This document shows positions 55,349 to 58,651 of a stretch of DNA of 58,651 nt, in pieces; the first letter of the stretch is position 1, and each line of letters starts with the position of its first letter. The notes beneath the pieces were generated by a model. That model saw only the letters and a program-made list of their open reading frames with translations. It did not search any database and was not told the DNA's origin. Source of the stretch: a bacterium. GTDB lineage: Bacteria > Patescibacteriota > Minisyncoccia > JAUYLV01. Where the stretch lies: positions 1 to 58,651 of the forward strand of contig JAUSGO010000002.1 of the NCBI GenBank assembly GCA_030649025.1. The letters run 5' to 3'. The position numbers and the translations under genes were made by a program.

Positions 55349-56041
55349 TTACTTCTGCTCACGTTGGTTGCCTCGGCGCTCATCAAGCAACTTCTTTAGC
55401 TCTAGAGTTTGCGGACTATCTTTTGGTTCTGAAAAATGCACAACTTCCGACTCGAAAAGCCATTTGTCTATTTTTTCCGAAGCATACACCATCGTCCATG
55501 GATCGGCACCATAGCGCTCAAGGAGCGCAATCGCGTACGCGTTGGCTAGACGTTGATCGTGATACTCATTCCGTCTTGGTTTATGCCGGATAGTATTCAG
55601 CGAGAGAATGCGAACAAGCGTTCGAAAGAAAATCTTCTTCCTGTCGAATGTCACATCATAGTGCGCGATATGACCAAGTTCGTGGGCAATAATCGACGTT
55701 ACGTCATTGTCATTGGCAAAAGAAAGAAGAAGTTTTGTTACAACAACAACGTGACAGAGCGAGTCAGTGTGAGAGTTCGGCGGCTGTATCGGTGTTGGCT
55801 CAAGTGTTACGTAAGCTATCTGAGACGAATGTTTCTCTGCCCTTACGTGAAGCTCAATACACTTGTTCTGAAGATGCCTATCGGCAGAGACCTCAATAAA
55901 TTTCCTTGTGATTTCCTGTAGCTGATGCTCTTTAAGAGCAATGTTGCTTGTGACGAGCTTGGTTTCTTGGGGGGCTGCGCTGAGTAGCCATGGAAGGAAA
56001 ATCATCGCAATGAGCAAAAATATTGATATTTCTCGTCGCAT
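55349..56041 (-). CDS. exported Zn-metalloprotease-like protein (HExxH, M48-like)
   Basis: IIAHELGHIAHYD. Start trimmed to the ATG at 56041 (GGAGG RBS, signal peptide MRREISIFLLIAMIF..). Confidence 0.55.
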   Translation of the reverse strand: MRREISIFLLIAMIFLPWLLSAAPQETKLVTSNIALKEHQLQEITRKFIEVSADRHLQNKCIELHVRAEKHSSQIAYVTLEPTPIQPPNSHTDSLCHVVVVTKLLLSFANDNDVTSIIAHELGHIAHYDVTFDRKKIFFRTLVRILSLNTIRHKPRRNEYHDQRLANAYAIALLERYGADPWTMVYASEKIDKWLFESEVVHFSEPKDSPQTLELKKLLDERRGNQREQK

Positions 56042-56098
56042 AATAACCTCCGAGACTTTGATTTTTAAAGAAATTAATAATATAGCATAACTTTTTTC

Positions 56099-57292
56099 AT
56101 GAGTCAAGTTCTCAAAATCGGCATAGATGGACGGTGTCTCGAGGGTAATCGTACGGGAGCGGGGAGATACCTTGAAAATCTTCTACGGTATTTTGGGAAA
56201 GACCAGGGCTTTGCTTTTTATCTTTACTTCAAGCACGAAATTCCGACAGATGCGTATTTTCAGGAGAACAGCTATAAACTGCGCCGTTTAGGCTCTCCGC
56301 TGGGATTTGAGAGCAATGCGTGGTTCACGCATGTTTCATTGCCTCGCGCGCTCAAGCAGGATAATGTCGACATGCTTTTTGCACCATCTTACGTGGCACC
56401 TTGGTTTTGTCCCATACCCACAGTACTTACGCTCCATGATATTTCTTATGAGGCGCATCCCGAATGGACTCCGGTGCTCGGCCGCTTCTTGTTGGGTTCC
56501 GTTTCAAAACATGCGGCAAAAAAGGCGGCGCGCATCATTACCATCTCGCAATTTTCAAAAAGCGAGATCATGCGGCTCTACGCTATTCCGGACCCGCACA
56601 TCACCTTAACGTTACTTGCGCCAAACGGGAACTTTAATCAGGTAGTCGCCCCAGAAGAAGAAGCCGATATTTTAAAAAAATTAGGCGTTGCGGGCGACTT
56701 CATGCTATCGGTCGGCACTCTTATTAATCGGCGCTATCCCCTGGAGACTCTCCGTGCATTTGAAGCCTGCGCGAAAAGAATTCAAGGACTGAAGTTTGTT
56801 TTAGTGGGTCCGGATCGCACATATCCGCCGCTTGAGATAGCTCGCCACATAAAAGAAGTGAACGAGAAATTTGGCGAAAATGCGGTTTTCCATATTATCT
56901 CGGTATCCGATCGGGAGCTCGCAGTGTTATACCGCAAGGCCAGGGCATTGATCTGGTTGTCGGCATATGAAGGATTCGGCTTGCCGGTGCTTGAGGCAAT
57001 GGCGCTGGGCACGCCGGTTATTACGTCAAACACTTCGTCACTTCCGGAAGTTGCGGGAGACGCAGCTCTTCGTCTTTCTAATCCATCGGGAGCCGTAAGC
57101 TCCACGTCCGGCGTTTCTTTGTCCGCTGGGCCAACCGTGGGCTCTATAGCTGATGCGATGATAAAAGTTTCTACCGACCAGGTTCTGCGAGGGTGGCTAA
57201 TTAGAAAAGGGAGGGAGCGGGCGCAAAAATTCTCATGGGAACTCGCAGCGAATCAGACGCTCTCGGTATTCAAACAAGTCTTGCAAAAATGA
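56099..57292 (+). CDS. family 4 (GT-B) glycosyltransferase
   Basis: ..[32 protein letters not shown].. is the E-x7-E region. Confidence 0.88.
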   Translation: MSQVLKIGIDGRCLEGNRTGAGRYLENLLRYFGKDQGFAFYLYFKHEIPTDAYFQENSYKLRRLGSPLGFESNAWFTHVSLPRALKQDNVDMLFAPSYVAPWFCPIPTVLTLHDISYEAHPEWTPVLGRFLLGSVSKHAAKKAARIITISQFSKSEIMRLYAIPDPHITLTLLAPNGNFNQVVAPEEEADILKKLGVAGDFMLSVGTLINRRYPLETLRAFEACAKRIQGLKFVLVGPDRTYPPLEIARHIKEVNEKFGENAVFHIISVSDRELAVLYRKARALIWLSAYEGFGLPVLEAMALGTPVITSNTSSLPEVAGDAALRLSNPSGAVSSTSGVSLSAGPTVGSIADAMIKVSTDQVLRGWLIRKGRERAQKFSWELAANQTLSVFKQVLQK

Positions 57293-58651
57293 AAAAATCG
57301 ATTATTACTCTTATAGTTCTTCAGGTTCTTGCGACAGTTGCCGCAGCCTTTGGCATTGTTGAGCGCGAAGCGGTTTTTTTTGTTACCGCCGTTCTCGTGA
57401 TATTCACGGCTCTTCGGCCCCTTGAAGAGGGGCTTATTCTTTTTATTTTATCCATCCCGTTCTTTTTCGCTCTGCCGTTTTCCGAATCGTTTGACAGCAT
57501 GGCAAACTGGAGAGTGCTCTCGAGTATTCTCTTTTTAAAGTATCTTTATGCAGAAGGTTGGTTAATTGGAAGATCATTTAAGAGCATTCGTATAAAACTA
57601 TCCGAGCTTTATCGATCAAAATTGTTCTGGGCCGCCTTTGTTTTTCTTGGATGGGGATTTTTAAGCGCCCTTTTGGCGCCCTATCCCGTCATTGGTATTA
57701 AAAAAGTTATCTTTCTCGGCAATATCTTCGCGTTGTTTCCCATTGTCCGCTACGTTATGAGCAAGGGGTACGCGGCGTATGGCTTGAGCGTCGTACGCTT
57801 CGTGCTCTACACTGTTCTTGGCGTTGGGTTTCTCCAGCTTGCCAGCCTATTTTTTATTCCTCTAGAGCGTTTCTGGCGTTTTTGGGCAGGACATGTCATC
57901 CCGATATTTTATGGCTATAATCTGGGAGAACTTTTACAAACGTCCAACACATGGTTCGCATCTGCAGGAGATGGTCCGCCGGTACTACGGATGTTTTCAG
58001 TATTTCCCGATTCGCATTCGTTCGCGATGCTCATTATGATGGGACTTACCGTGCTGGTTGCGAATTACCCAGCCTCGACTCATTCTCCTCGCTTCGGCTT
58101 CGGCGAAGCGGATATTGGCCAGGCAAACAGATTTTCAGACCCATCTCGCCAACCAAAAATTCTGGATCTTAAATATATTATTCCTGTGATTTTTGCGTTT
58201 TTGGCGCTTGTCTTCTCCGGCTCCAGGGGCGTATGGGTTTCCGCAGTGACAGTGGCTCTCTTTATTGGTGCGGGATATATATGGTTGTACAAAAAAGAGC
58301 CTGCGCAATATTTTGAATTTCGGTATTTGATGAAAAAAACTCTTGCGCTTTTTCTTCTTTTCGGCATACTTTTTTTGCCCGCTTCTTTTATAACATCGCT
58401 TTCTCAGCGAGCACAGGGCGCAAATGCCGATTCCTTGGTTTCGCTGAAACGCGTGAAAAGTATAACGGATCTTGAAGAAATTTCGAATCGCTCGCGTCTT
58501 CAAATTTGGAAGGCCGCGCTTAATACCGTTGTAAGCCGTCCCGTATTCGGCGTGGGTTTTGGAAATTTCTCCATTGCGCTCGGAGAAGATATAAGCGCCT
58601 CCCGCCGCGGTGCTTCCGCTCACAATCTGTATCTTGACCTAGCGGGCGAGA
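57289..58651 (+). CDS. O-antigen ligase/polymerase-like polytopic membrane protein (3' end outside window)
   Basis: My own translation finds the frame open from the ATG at 57289 (ATGA overlap with the GT4 stop) to the window end. It contains ..SGSRGVW.. and ..GVGFGNF..SAHNLYLDLAGE. The ORF track omits it because it has no stop. Confidence 0.75.
   Translation, partial: MKKSIITLIVLQVLATVAAAFGIVEREAVFFVTAVLVIFTALRPLEEGLILFILSIPFFFALPFSESFDSMANWRVLSSILFLKYLYAEGWLIGRSFKSIRIKLSELYRSKLFWAAFVFLGWGFLSALLAPYPVIGIKKVIFLGNIFALFPIVRYVMSKGYAAYGLSVVRFVLYTVLGVGFLQLASLFFIPLERFWRFWAGHVIPIFYGYNLGELLQTSNTWFASAGDGPPVLRMFSVFPDSHSFAMLIMMGLTVLVANYPASTHSPRFGFGEADIGQANRFSDPSRQPKILDLKYIIPVIFAFLALVFSGSRGVWVSAVTVALFIGAGYIWLYKKEPAQYFEFRYLMKKTLALFLLFGILFLPASFITSLSQRAQGANADSLVSLKRVKSITDLEEISNRSRLQIWKAALNTVVSRPVFGVGFGNFSIALGEDISASRRGASAHNLYLDLAGE

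Overview
58.6-kb bacterial chromosomal window. It uses the standard genetic code (TGA is a stop at tightly coupled gene junctions) and is roughly half G+C by eye. Gene content and several reduced proteins suggest a small-genome uncultivated lineage, possibly Patescibacteria/CPR-like; this is inference and cannot be verified here.

Layout:
(1) 1-8256: nuoD (5' truncated)-H-I-J-K-L-M-N, with no nuoEFG between D and H. Two AT-rich mini membrane ORFs are wedged into the operon.
(2) 8324-13580, minus strand, converging on the same bidirectional terminator: His-rich exported protein, AT-rich exported protein, stand-alone cytochrome b, alpha/beta hydrolase, [3Fe-4S]-type ferredoxin, FAD/NAD oxidoreductase.
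(3) 13.6-14.6 kb: a small Zn-ribbon gene, back-to-back consensus promoters, and a ~400-nt ORF-free, hairpin-dense locus that I could not assign to any RNA family.
(4) prfA-rpmE (minus), rpsB-tsf, and a TPR protein.
(5) tRNA-Thr and tRNA-Tyr embedded in tRNA-derived repeats. They are followed by a small accessory block (ASCH protein, small membrane protein, flotillin-like SPFH, SPFH-like protein) in which each unit has its own TTGACA promoter.
(6) uvrA, a bPH membrane protein, a nucleotidyltransferase plus a 432-aa orphan, CIRCE-controlled groES-groEL, a 292-aa orphan, priA, thpR, a tagA-like gene, and murC.
(7) tRNA-Lys, a methyltransferase, a WbuX-like amidotransferase, gdh, an orphan histidine kinase, aspS, a ybaK-like gene, and scpA-scpB.
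(8) dac, mraY, murD, ftsW, murG, gltX, GT2, GT4, and a 3'-truncated O-antigen-ligase-like ORF (57289 to the window end) that the ORF track omits.

Most unusual signals:
- A transcription-oriented ~110-nt CACGAAT/ATTCGTG hairpin element occurs in three operons, one copy sitting between CIRCE and groES.
- Related heptanucleotide tandem arrays lie inside the nuoJ and GT2 coding sequences.
- A family of operon-junction palindromes is built from short repeated words.
- The unassigned structured locus at 14.07-14.49 kb has its own promoter.
- The respiratory-type neighbourhood lacks an N-module.

No CRISPR array, rRNA, transposase or integrase gene was seen. All homology calls rest on motif recognition by eye; no database search was possible.
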